NCBI GenBank assembly: GCA_965223265.1
Contig: OZ244999.1
Span: 1,024,001 to 1,088,000, forward strand
From: Planctomycetota bacterium
GTDB lineage: Bacteria; Planctomycetota; UBA8108; SXIK01
Direction of reading: 5' to 3'
Length of the DNA stretch: 64,000 bases
In this document: positions 10,422 through 19,229 of the stretch, piece by piece
How positions within the stretch are numbered: the first letter of the stretch is position 1
How the letters are laid out: every line of letters starts with the position of its first letter
Program-made: the position numbers and the translations under genes
Notes under the pieces: generated by a model
The model's input: the letters and a program-made list of their open reading frames with translations, nothing else
What the model was told of the DNA's origin: nothing
Databases searched by the model: none

Positions 10422-10949
10422 TCACCACTTCGCCTCAAACTCCTCCTGAACGTGCGCGTCCGTCAAGTTCAGGTAAATGGCCGTAGTCTCAAGCCGGTCA
10501 TGGCCGAGCACTTTCTGTAACCATGGGAGGCTCATGCCTTTTTGAATCGCGCACGTCGCGAATGTGTGACGAAGAACGTGCGGCGTTACGTCACGAGAAA
10601 TCTGTGCTCGGTTAGCAACCGACTTCACGATTCTCTGCGCTTGCCGCACTCCGCAAAACCAGTCCTGGTGAAGTGCAAAGTACGGCTCAAGAATCGTTCT
10701 GACTCGATTCGAAAGAGGAACGACACGATTCTTTGTTCTCTTACCGTACGGTCCGCCCTTGCCCTTGATTCGAAGCTGACGCTGCTGCCACTGAATATTC
10801 TGCGGCGTAAGCGTACACAGCTCCTCAATCCGAAGGCCCGTATCGAGCAGAGTCCATACGATGAGCTTCTCGCGAGAGCTCTCGCAGGCATTGGAAAGCC
10901 GGTCAGCTTCTTCCGAGAGCAGCGGCTCCCGGACGAATTGATAGGCCAT
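10422..10949 (-). CDS. Small tyrosine recombinase (catalytic domain only, resolvase-like)
   Basis: DTGLRIEEL, KGKGG, TPHVLRHTFA, LGHDRLETTAIY; about 175 aa with no N-terminal binding domain. Confidence 0.9.
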   Translation of the reverse strand: MAYQFVREPLLSEEADRLSNACESSREKLIVWTLLDTGLRIEELCTLTPQNIQWQQRQLRIKGKGGPYGKRTKNRVVPLSNRVRTILEPYFALHQDWFCGVRQAQRIVKSVANRAQISRDVTPHVLRHTFATCAIQKGMSLPWLQKVLGHDRLETTAIYLNLTDAHVQEEFEAKW

Positions 10950-11379
10950 TCGTCTCTCTCCACATGTTGCGCCGCTCCTGCGGCGACGCACTTTTCCCAG
11001 GAAAGCGACATTAGGTCGCCTTCCATCGAATAGCCTATCAGACTGCGACGGTCTCGAAAAGCCCCTGATTTGACGGCTAAGACCGCCCTATGGAGCCACT
11101 TACACGAGACTTCGGGCGGCGGAGCGTGTCGCCTTTCTATGCCGAAGGCGACATGGAGACGTTGGGCGCGCTTACGTCCGCGATGAGAGGACCATTGCAC
11201 GGACCCCCAAGGTATTTCTTCCGTCGTGTCGAGGACCAGAATCGTCCGACTTCTTACATTTCGCCGGTTGGTCGCGCACCCCGCGCTGCTGTAGGTCGTT
11301 GCTCAGTCCGGTCAGTTCAGCGTCACTCTTTAGATTTGACGCCTTTTGCAAAAAGTCGACTCGCGGATTCTCTCGAACA

Positions 11380-11994
11380 CTATTCTGCGGTTTCGTCCCG
11401 TTGGTTTGCGGTCGCCGGGTCCTCACCCCTCGTAGACATCCGCAGGGCAACTTTCCAACCACCGTCGTTTTGGCGTCGCACAATCAGCAGGCTAACGCCA
11501 GAGTCCCTAATCGGTTCGGCATCGACGCCGGGCTTTGGCGTGGCAATGTTTGCGTAGGTACTCCAGAGGTATCCTAAGTCGCCGGAGACTTCCGTCTTGC
11601 CCTCGGCAACCTCCGTTGTCCACGTGTAGTCTCCCGGGTTCAAGCCCACCGCTTCCGCCATCGAGGCCATACCACCGCCCTCCTCTTCAGTCTTCGCGGC
11701 CGCAAAGACGTGTTGGTACAGCTCTCGGAGCGCATCTTTTCCAACGATTGGCTCCTCAAGCGACATAATCACGGCAGCGTCATCCGCGTAGCAAGAGAGA
11801 AGAAGTTCTGGGTCGCCCTTGGCCCACGCGGCAGCGTATTCCTCCGCAAATCGCTTGACGGAAGCGACGTCTTCGTCTTGTTTGTTCTTCATAGGGACCT
11901 CCGACACGCCGCTGCCTGTTAGAGAACACCCAGACAGCGCGAGAACAACGGCAGTCGTGACGAAGATTCCATCTCCCACGTTGCCAAAGTTCAT
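11380..11994 (-). CDS. SnoaL/DUF4440 (NTF2-like) putative lipoprotein
   Basis: Lipobox LSGC; AAWAKGD....YADDA, GDLGY, RRQNDGGWKV. Confidence 0.75.
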   Translation of the reverse strand: MNFGNVGDGIFVTTAVVLALSGCSLTGSGVSEVPMKNKQDEDVASVKRFAEEYAAAWAKGDPELLLSCYADDAAVIMSLEEPIVGKDALRELYQHVFAAAKTEEEGGGMASMAEAVGLNPGDYTWTTEVAEGKTEVSGDLGYLWSTYANIATPKPGVDAEPIRDSGVSLLIVRRQNDGGWKVALRMSTRGEDPATANQRDETAE

Positions 11995-12356
11995 GCCCGC
12001 TCTCCTGCGTGTGCGAACGCGACACACTCCTTTTCTCCTTCTGGGCCAGCAAGAAAGACCCCGGACGCGGCTCGCATCTCGGCAGGACCCGCGCCTGTTC
12101 GCCTTCGTAGACTCTTTCCAAAATGCGCGAACTGTGAAGAGTTCCGTTTTCACGAGAGCCCCGCCCGCAGAGCCTCTCTGATGCTCAGATTGTACCCGAG
12201 GACCACTTACGACTGCAGTATCTTCCGCAGTCGACGGGCGTGGTACCGGAAGACGAGCGAATCCTGCTTCAGGCCCGAGCACATGAGTCGACACGTGGAA
12301 TACCTGCGCTGCGCGACACGCCGTCGCGAATCTTTGTGGAAGGCGACACGAGGCCG

Positions 12357-12845
12357 TCAGTGTGAGTATTTCTCAAGGAGAGGCCTTGGAGGAACCTCTT
12401 CCCCAGTCTCTTCGTCGAGCACTGCGACAGCGCCATTTAACCCCAAGAACCCAGACACCATGATTTCAAACGCTGCGTCGTAGGCCGAACGGGCTTCCTG
12501 AGGAACCTCGTGACGGTCGTACACTTCGTCAATGCAGTCCCGAAAAACTTGGGCGTCTTCACCTGGGATGTCGACCAGCAATGCTTCGCGGGTTACCCAC
12601 GGACCATCAGCATGACGGTCGTCCCATGAAAGCTCATCAGTCTCGAGCCGGTGGAGATTCCAGTACACTTGGTTGTTAAAGAACTGGAATCGTTCCCTGC
12701 TATCCGGTTGTGTCAGTCGATTCAGAACAACGCCACAAGCCTCTTTGCAGGCAGTGAATCCTTCGCCGTTCTCTTCCACGTCTGGAAGCGTGATTTCCTT
12801 GAGCGTCCAAATGGCCTGTTCTTCAGTCATGCGCAACCGTAACAC
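12357..12845 (-). CDS. Hypothetical protein
   Basis: 162 aa acidic ORF, co-directional with its neighbours. Confidence 0.55.
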   Translation of the reverse strand: MLRLRMTEEQAIWTLKEITLPDVEENGEGFTACKEACGVVLNRLTQPDSRERFQFFNNQVYWNLHRLETDELSWDDRHADGPWVTREALLVDIPGEDAQVFRDCIDEVYDRHEVPQEARSAYDAAFEIMVSGFLGLNGAVAVLDEETGEEVPPRPLLEKYSH

Positions 12846-12981
12846 GATTCGGCTGGCAAAGTCACGTACCGCAGACGTCTATCACTGAGTATGCACTGGA
12901 AAGGCCCTCGCGGAGGAAATGCTGAGTGAGCCCACAGGCGGCGTAACGCGGGTGACGAACACAACTGCTCGGCGGTCGGCG

Positions 12982-13611
12982 CTACCCCCAAACTCCGGTC
13001 ATGTTGCAGAACTGATGTCGAATCGACTCGAAGGGGCTCGTACCTTCACGATTGAATCCCTGGAACTCAGCTTCCTCCACTCGAAATCGACCGTTCTCTT
13101 CCACCAGTGCGTCTAGGAAGATGCGCGCCCCTGCGGTAAGGAACCGAGCTATAAGCTCGGCCCGGCGAAGCCGGTCACTGTCGCTATCAGCCCACTCGCT
13201 TCTACGAAAGCGCCCATGTCCAAGTCGCTTCGTGTCCCCGATATCAAACTCGAAGGGCGGCTCAGTGAGCATACAACCGCAGCCAACAACAAGACTTTGT
13301 AGCTCGTTATCGAACTCAGACCTCCGGTTCGCGTCAATCAGCCATCGAAATCCGTTCCCAACCGGGGAGCATCTCGGGCCGAAGGGTCCCCAGCACAGCA
13401 GCCCGTCCGGCCGGAGTGAGGTAGAGCGTCGAGTCCTCTCCGGTCATGACGAAGCCACAGTTCTTGGCGAGGTCTGCGAAGAACACGAACTGGTCGAACG
13501 GTGGCTCTCGCTCCAGTTCCTCTCGCCTCGTTGGGCCCACCTCGTAGAGGTGCTGAACGGCTTGGGCAACTCGGTTCCGTTTCGCTTCCGTTTTCGCCAC
13601 GGTTCTGCTAT
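12982..13611 (-). other. Hypothetical ORF(s), possibly one frameshifted gene
   Basis: Two overlapping open frames (ending at 13334 and 12982) directly downstream of the nuclease-helicase; no recognisable motif. Confidence 0.35.
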
Positions 13612-13614
13612 CTC

Positions 13615-16600
13615 CTACTTCGTCCCCGGCGCTAACTCGACAGCCTTCGCGAGCTCGACATACCGGCAGAAAGCGTTCGCGAGCTGCATCTGACGCGGCG
13701 ACCGGCACTCCGGCTCAAAGAGCTTCGCGCTCGCAACCAGAATACACGCACAGCGCGCGCGAGACGTTGCTACATTCAGACGGTTGAGGCTGTAAAGGAA
13801 CTCCATTCCGCGGGGAGCCTCTTCTGGTGACGACGTTGTCAACGAGTAGACCACGACAGGTGCTTCTTGGCCTTGGAACTTGTCGACCGTTCCGATTCGA
13901 GCTTGCGGCAATCGTTCGCTGAGGTCTGCGACCTGCGCGTTATAGGGTGCGACAACGAGTATATCCTCGAAGGAGACCGGGCGCGCTTCGCCGCGCTGGT
14001 TCGTCCAGGTGACAGAACCGGAAACGAGCGATTCGACGATTCTCGCGACGCATTCGACTTCCTCGGCAGACGAGCTTTGGTTCCCAACGTGTTCCACCGG
14101 GACAAAGAAGAGCCCGTGGCCGTCCCAAGTTCCTGAGCCGTTCAGCACCTGGAGCTCAAGGCCGGGACGTGGCCGAAGCCGGTCTTCGTAGAAGAGCTCG
14201 GAAGTGAGCTGGCATATCGCGGGGCTCAGCCGCCATGTTTCTGCGAGAAACAGACCTCGGTAATCCGGTAGCGTCTTTCGATTCCCGAGAATGTGCTCAA
14301 GCGCCGACACTTCCGTGCCGTCCGGGTGAGACCCTTGCTGTGGTTGTTCGAGTTGCCGAGGGTCCCCCAGCAGTACGATACTCTTTGCGGCTTGGGCGAC
14401 CGCGAGCACGTTCGCAAGAGACATCTGTCCGGCCTCGTCGACAAACAAGACGTCGACAGATTCGAAGAACTCCTCGCGCGCCCAGAGCCAGGCTGTTCCT
14501 GCTCCTACCTGAGCCGTACCGTTCTCGAGAGCGTCGCGGACCTTTCCGTTGTCGGTGAACTCAAGTACCGCGGAGCCTTCATTCTTCGCCTTGCCGGAAA
14601 CTTTCTGCACGCACGTAAGAGCAAGGTCGGCTTCGTCTGCGGCTTTGACTACCTCATCGATGAGGTTTCGAATGACCTTGTGGCTTACGGCCGTGATTCC
14701 TACTCGCTTCCCCGCGCGGACGAGCTCGCATACCATCCGAGCTCCGGTGTACGTTTTTCCTGACCCGGGAGGGCCCTGGACCGGTAGAACACCTCCGTCA
14801 AGTGAGAGGCCGAGTCGCTTTGCAGCGTCGAGAGTATCCTCTCCAGGGCGCATGAGCTCGATGCCGCTGGAAAGTCTTGGTGGTCGCCTTAGAAGCAAGT
14901 CCCGGGCACTCCTGTAGAGACCTTGGGTGACGACACCGTTCTCAACGACCCATTCAGCAAGCCGCATGACGGAATCGGATAACACACCTGACCTGACGAC
15001 TGAGTGCGCGAAAACGGCTTCTGGATGAATTCCTGCAGCCTGTCCGGCTTTCTTTATATCGACTGTCCGGTGCGCGAGGTCAACCTCGTCGACTGTCCCG
15101 ACGTTTTCGCCGTTGGCGGTGTGAAGCCTGTCGCGTTTTCTGAGTTGAGCATCTTGCTTTGGAAACGAGTAGCGGTCAACCGGACACTTCGCCGTTCCAC
15201 CGATTCGTTCCACGAACGTAAGGTCAGCAAGTGCTGCTTTCTCGTCGAGGAGCTCTTCATTTGTGAGGTCCTGTAGGCGGAAGTACTCCCACCAAGGAGC
15301 CTTTCCTTCGCGACGATGCCAATCGAGCATGTACGCAAGAAGCCAACGCGCATGTTGCTCCTTGCTCCGGCTGTGCTCTTCTATGGGAACGTCCCGTAGC
15401 AGTGATTCCATGACGACCTGCACACGTCCGCTCCTCTCTTCAAGAGCGTCGCTTGGGTCACCAACGAGCAGCTCGGGTCTTTCGACCGTTTCACCGTTGT
15501 CAATGAGCTCCGTTCTCAGTCTTTCCAACCAATCTCTAAGACGCAGCGTCGAGACGCAGTCGTCTCGGTTGTAGGCCTCTACGACGGAGCGCGTATCCTT
15601 GCTCAGGTCGGCACTTCCGAGCTCAAGAGCTCGCTCAAGAGCTCGCAGATTCGCTGACGCGTCCGGAAGTTCAATCTCGCGCTCATATCCGTAGAACGGT
15701 TCGAGCTCCTTAATCGAGTACCGTTCAACGCTTGCGCGAAGCGATTGCCGCACTACTGCGTGGAGGTCAACGAATACTCCCGCTCGAAGCAGTCGGTCGA
15801 CCTCATCTTCTCGCGTGGCGTACCGACCCATGAGCCGCTTCAGAGCAGCTGTGTCGTACGGTGTGAAGTGATAAACGTGAAGCCCCCTGAAAGCAGTCCG
15901 TCGCTCCACTACGGAATCAACGAAGCTCTGGAAAGCGGCACGTTCTCCCTCACGGTCAAGTCCCCAGAGACCGGTGTAGGCAAGTTCGCCGTCATTATCG
16001 AGAGTTGCCCAGCCAAGGAGGTACTCAAGTCCGTCGCGACCAACGAACGTATCGCCCTCCACGTCGAAGAACATGTCTCCCGGCGAAGGCTCTGGAAGGC
16101 GGGCAAGGCCACGCTCTGGCTCCGTGGGAAGAAGTTCGTAAATTGGAGCGTTTTTCTCTCTGCCTTCAAACTGAACACGAGCTTGTTCCCTGACTCTCAC
16201 GAGTCCCTCTACCGAACCGCGCTGCGGCCGCTTTGAAAGAGGAAGCGGAAGATTGGCTAACCCCTCAAGCGTTCCTACGTCCCAGCTTTCAAGCTCTCTT
16301 CTCTGGATTTTGGAAATGCCTGCAACAAGTGACAGGTGGTCGTCTTCGTGTCGCTTTCGGTCACACGAGGGCCACCAACGACAGATATCGCACTGCGGGA
16401 CGGGCTCGGGATAGATGCTCTCGTGAGAGCTCGGTTCTTGCGCAACGAACTCCTCAAGACGCTTCCTTACGAGGCGGTAGTAGGCGAGGAATTCGCTTAC
16501 GCGAAACGATTCTGGAACAAAGTCAACCCCAGTCGGGACGACATGCGTTCGCTCCGGCAAGGTACCTTGCACTTCGGAAAGAAGGTCAGAGTAGAGACAA

Positions 16601-17043
16601 AGTTGCAGGACGGTGCTTGCACGTGTCTCTTTCGCGAGCTTTGTGTCGTATACCTCGTAAGAGAACCGACCGAGATTGCTTGGCTTCTCGATTCTTCGAA
16701 GCACATCAGCTCGACCGAACCAACGACCTGCTTGCAGGGTCGCCTGAACGATTACGTGCACACCCCGACGAATGGCAGAGCACGTCTGTTCGAAAGCGAA
16801 TCCGGGAGATTCACCGTCGTCAATGCGAACGACTGAGAGCCCGCTTCTTCGGAGGCTTTCGACATAGGCTTCCTCGTGCTCGAAGCCTCTCTGCTGGAGG
16901 ACTTCGAGTGTTGGGTCCTTCCAGCGGGGAGGCTCGAGTTCGCCATGCGCGACCTGCTTATCAAGAGCTGTCAGATACCGGCAGCCAAGGTGGTTCGCGA
17001 GGTCTGAAGCGGACAGGCTAAGTTGTTCAGAAAGGAGTCTCAT
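13615..17043 (-). CDS. TM0106-family RecB-like nuclease / RNase H-like / SF1 (DNA2-NAM7-like) helicase
   Basis: LSASDL, GRADVL..YEVYDTKLA, FFDVEGD, YNRDDC, QGPPGSGKT, VDEAGQ, GDPRQL, PYNAQV, GTVDKFQGQEA, NRLNVATSRA. Confidence 0.9.
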   Translation of the reverse strand: MRLLSEQLSLSASDLANHLGCRYLTALDKQVAHGELEPPRWKDPTLEVLQQRGFEHEEAYVESLRRSGLSVVRIDDGESPGFAFEQTCSAIRRGVHVIVQATLQAGRWFGRADVLRRIEKPSNLGRFSYEVYDTKLAKETRASTVLQLCLYSDLLSEVQGTLPERTHVVPTGVDFVPESFRVSEFLAYYRLVRKRLEEFVAQEPSSHESIYPEPVPQCDICRWWPSCDRKRHEDDHLSLVAGISKIQRRELESWDVGTLEGLANLPLPLSKRPQRGSVEGLVRVREQARVQFEGREKNAPIYELLPTEPERGLARLPEPSPGDMFFDVEGDTFVGRDGLEYLLGWATLDNDGELAYTGLWGLDREGERAAFQSFVDSVVERRTAFRGLHVYHFTPYDTAALKRLMGRYATREDEVDRLLRAGVFVDLHAVVRQSLRASVERYSIKELEPFYGYEREIELPDASANLRALERALELGSADLSKDTRSVVEAYNRDDCVSTLRLRDWLERLRTELIDNGETVERPELLVGDPSDALEERSGRVQVVMESLLRDVPIEEHSRSKEQHARWLLAYMLDWHRREGKAPWWEYFRLQDLTNEELLDEKAALADLTFVERIGGTAKCPVDRYSFPKQDAQLRKRDRLHTANGENVGTVDEVDLAHRTVDIKKAGQAAGIHPEAVFAHSVVRSGVLSDSVMRLAEWVVENGVVTQGLYRSARDLLLRRPPRLSSGIELMRPGEDTLDAAKRLGLSLDGGVLPVQGPPGSGKTYTGARMVCELVRAGKRVGITAVSHKVIRNLIDEVVKAADEADLALTCVQKVSGKAKNEGSAVLEFTDNGKVRDALENGTAQVGAGTAWLWAREEFFESVDVLFVDEAGQMSLANVLAVAQAAKSIVLLGDPRQLEQPQQGSHPDGTEVSALEHILGNRKTLPDYRGLFLAETWRLSPAICQLTSELFYEDRLRPRPGLELQVLNGSGTWDGHGLFFVPVEHVGNQSSSAEEVECVARIVESLVSGSVTWTNQRGEARPVSFEDILVVAPYNAQVADLSERLPQARIGTVDKFQGQEAPVVVYSLTTSSPEEAPRGMEFLYSLNRLNVATSRARCACILVASAKLFEPECRSPRQMQLANAFCRYVELAKAVELAPGTK

Positions 17044-17122
17044 GGCGGTGCAGGGACCTTTCCGGCTGCCGCGCGAGACCCCTGTGTTCTGTCCGGCTCG
17101 CCTCTATCCATAAACGCAGCGC

Positions 17123-19210
17123 CTACTGTCCGGCTCCCTTACCCACGAGGTCTTCCAAGAACTCTGACGCTGGGTCGATTCCTGTCACAAGCAAGTGGTC
17201 ACGGGCCCGCGTGCAGGCTACGTACAGTAAGTGCCTTTCTGTGCTGTAAACCTCTTCTAAGTCAGACGCGTCCGTTACGGCTTCCACTCGTTCCTGTTGC
17301 GGAACTACGTCGTCGTCACAAGCCATGACAACCACTGCGCGAAATTCGAGTCCCTTTGCAAGGTGCATGGTGGCAGCCGCAACACAGTTCTGCTCACTAT
17401 CGACAGCGGCACTCAGCTCGACCGGATTCAACCCAGCGGCCTCAATTGCCTTTCTCGCTCGCCCGATTTCTCTTTCAGACCGGACGATTACTCCTACTTC
17501 ATGCGGAAGCACTTTTTCCGCCACCCGGTCGTTGAGCCAGCTTGCAACTGCCTCTTGTTCTTCCTGCTCTGAACCGACAACGCTTACGGTCGGCTCTGCT
17601 CCGTTAAAGACAGACACCGTGCCCTTCCGAGACTCTTCGTTCCCGTCAACATCTGCGAGTGCTTGTGGGAGGAGATTGTCAGCCTTGCGACGGATTTGGT
17701 GCGAAGTCCGGTAGTTGATGCGGAGAGTTCGCGAGCGGCCGCGGATGTCGACTCCGAGTGACTTCCAAGAGAACGGAGTCTGAAAGATACGCTGACCGAG
17801 GTCGCCACAGAAAAAGAGTGCCGTCTTCCTCTCCCCCGCGAGCGTTGCGAGAAAACGAAGCTGCGGGACACCGATATCCTGTGCTTCGTCGACAACTGCG
17901 AAATCAAACGGCCGAGCTCCACTGGAAGCGAGTGCCTCCGCAAGGAGACTAAACGCAGAGGACAAAGTCACGAGCTTACGTTTCCTAAGCGACGCTCGGA
18001 CGCGTTCGAAGACCTCCCAGAGGGCTCTTCTTTGGTCCTCACCAAGCCGAGTCTTTCGACCAAGGCGCTTGACGTCACGATACTCTTCCCAGCTCGAAAG
18101 CTGCCATGCGTCAACGACGTCTCGCCACTCGTTCCAGAGGAACTGGTGTGTGAATCGCTTGTCATCAACGCCCTTGGCTGCCTTCTGAATCTCAGCGCGT
18201 ATGTCCCCGTCAGTAGCAAGCTCAAGCTCACCGACTTGCTCGGCGTAGAGCTCTTGGCCTATTGCATCCATCGGCCGAACCACAACGCGGTCAAGAACGC
18301 TCGGCTCGTTTCCAGCAAGGCGAGATAGCTTCAGTCTCAACGAATCAGCGAGCGTATCGGAGAAGGTCGTAAGGAGAACGCTTGCGTCAGGACGTGTTCT
18401 TGCGAGATGTGCGGCGCGGTGGAGAGCGACAATGGTCTTTCCGGTGCCAGCAGACCCCGAGACGCGTGCTGGTCCGTTGAAGTCTCTCTCTACAAGGTCT
18501 CGCTGCGCCGGGTGCAGAAAGACGGTCCACTTCTCCCACGGGTAGTCGAGTGCCCGCTCAAGCTCCTCGACGTTTGTCATGATTCGGAAACGCCTTTGTG
18601 CGTCGGGGTGGTCGAACGCGCTGACTGATTCAGCGACTGCCTCCAAGGTTTGCGGCGTCGTTCCTGTCGCAACGTCAAGAAGAGCCTCTGCCGCTTCGCT
18701 TGGTAGATGGTCTGTCAGGTCGAGGATTGTGTCTTCTGTTGCTGAGCGAACCTCTTCGAGCCACTCGACAGGAATGCCGTACTGCAAGAGCTCGTCGTCA
18801 TCCCGGTCGGCAAAAAGCGGAGGCTTTGCCGGGGTCGGCTCTTCAACCTCGACGTACTTCGCAATCGTGACTTCATGGACTCGTTCCCGAACTTCCACAA
18901 GCTGCGCAGCCCCGGTGCGCGGGTGCTTTTCGATTCGCCGTCTTTCGGCCCAAGCGTACGCCTCGTCGTGGTGGTCAACGTAGCAAAGCAGAAGGTCTGC
19001 GTCCGTTTTGTGAACAATCAGTCGAATGTCTCGACTGACCCGGACGGACCAAAAGTTCGGGTCCTTCGCGCGGTCAAGACGGTGAAACTGCATTCCGGGG
19101 TTCGCCGGGTTAAGCTGCAAGTCAAAGGCGGTCGTCTTTACGGCCTTTTGCTCGTCGCCTGTTAGCTTGTTCAGGCTGTCTGTGAACGTGTCGGCGATTC
19201 GGAATTTCAT
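17123..19210 (-). CDS. UvrD-like SF1 helicase with N-terminal RelE/ParE-like domain
   Basis: GSAGTGKT, VVDEAQD, GDLGQRIF, NYRT, AKGLEF, LYVACTRARD; N-terminal FWSVRVSRDIRLI segment. Confidence 0.88.
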   Translation of the reverse strand: MKFRIADTFTDSLNKLTGDEQKAVKTTAFDLQLNPANPGMQFHRLDRAKDPNFWSVRVSRDIRLIVHKTDADLLLCYVDHHDEAYAWAERRRIEKHPRTGAAQLVEVRERVHEVTIAKYVEVEEPTPAKPPLFADRDDDELLQYGIPVEWLEEVRSATEDTILDLTDHLPSEAAEALLDVATGTTPQTLEAVAESVSAFDHPDAQRRFRIMTNVEELERALDYPWEKWTVFLHPAQRDLVERDFNGPARVSGSAGTGKTIVALHRAAHLARTRPDASVLLTTFSDTLADSLRLKLSRLAGNEPSVLDRVVVRPMDAIGQELYAEQVGELELATDGDIRAEIQKAAKGVDDKRFTHQFLWNEWRDVVDAWQLSSWEEYRDVKRLGRKTRLGEDQRRALWEVFERVRASLRKRKLVTLSSAFSLLAEALASSGARPFDFAVVDEAQDIGVPQLRFLATLAGERKTALFFCGDLGQRIFQTPFSWKSLGVDIRGRSRTLRINYRTSHQIRRKADNLLPQALADVDGNEESRKGTVSVFNGAEPTVSVVGSEQEEQEAVASWLNDRVAEKVLPHEVGVIVRSEREIGRARKAIEAAGLNPVELSAAVDSEQNCVAAATMHLAKGLEFRAVVVMACDDDVVPQQERVEAVTDASDLEEVYSTERHLLYVACTRARDHLLVTGIDPASEFLEDLVGKGAGQ

Positions 19211-19229
19211 GGAGTGTTGCCCGCGCTTC

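Noticed and set aside
13615-17043. Cas4/CRISPR-associated gene
   Set aside because: The RecB-like domain belongs to a TM0106-type nuclease-helicase; no cas1, cas2 or array is present.
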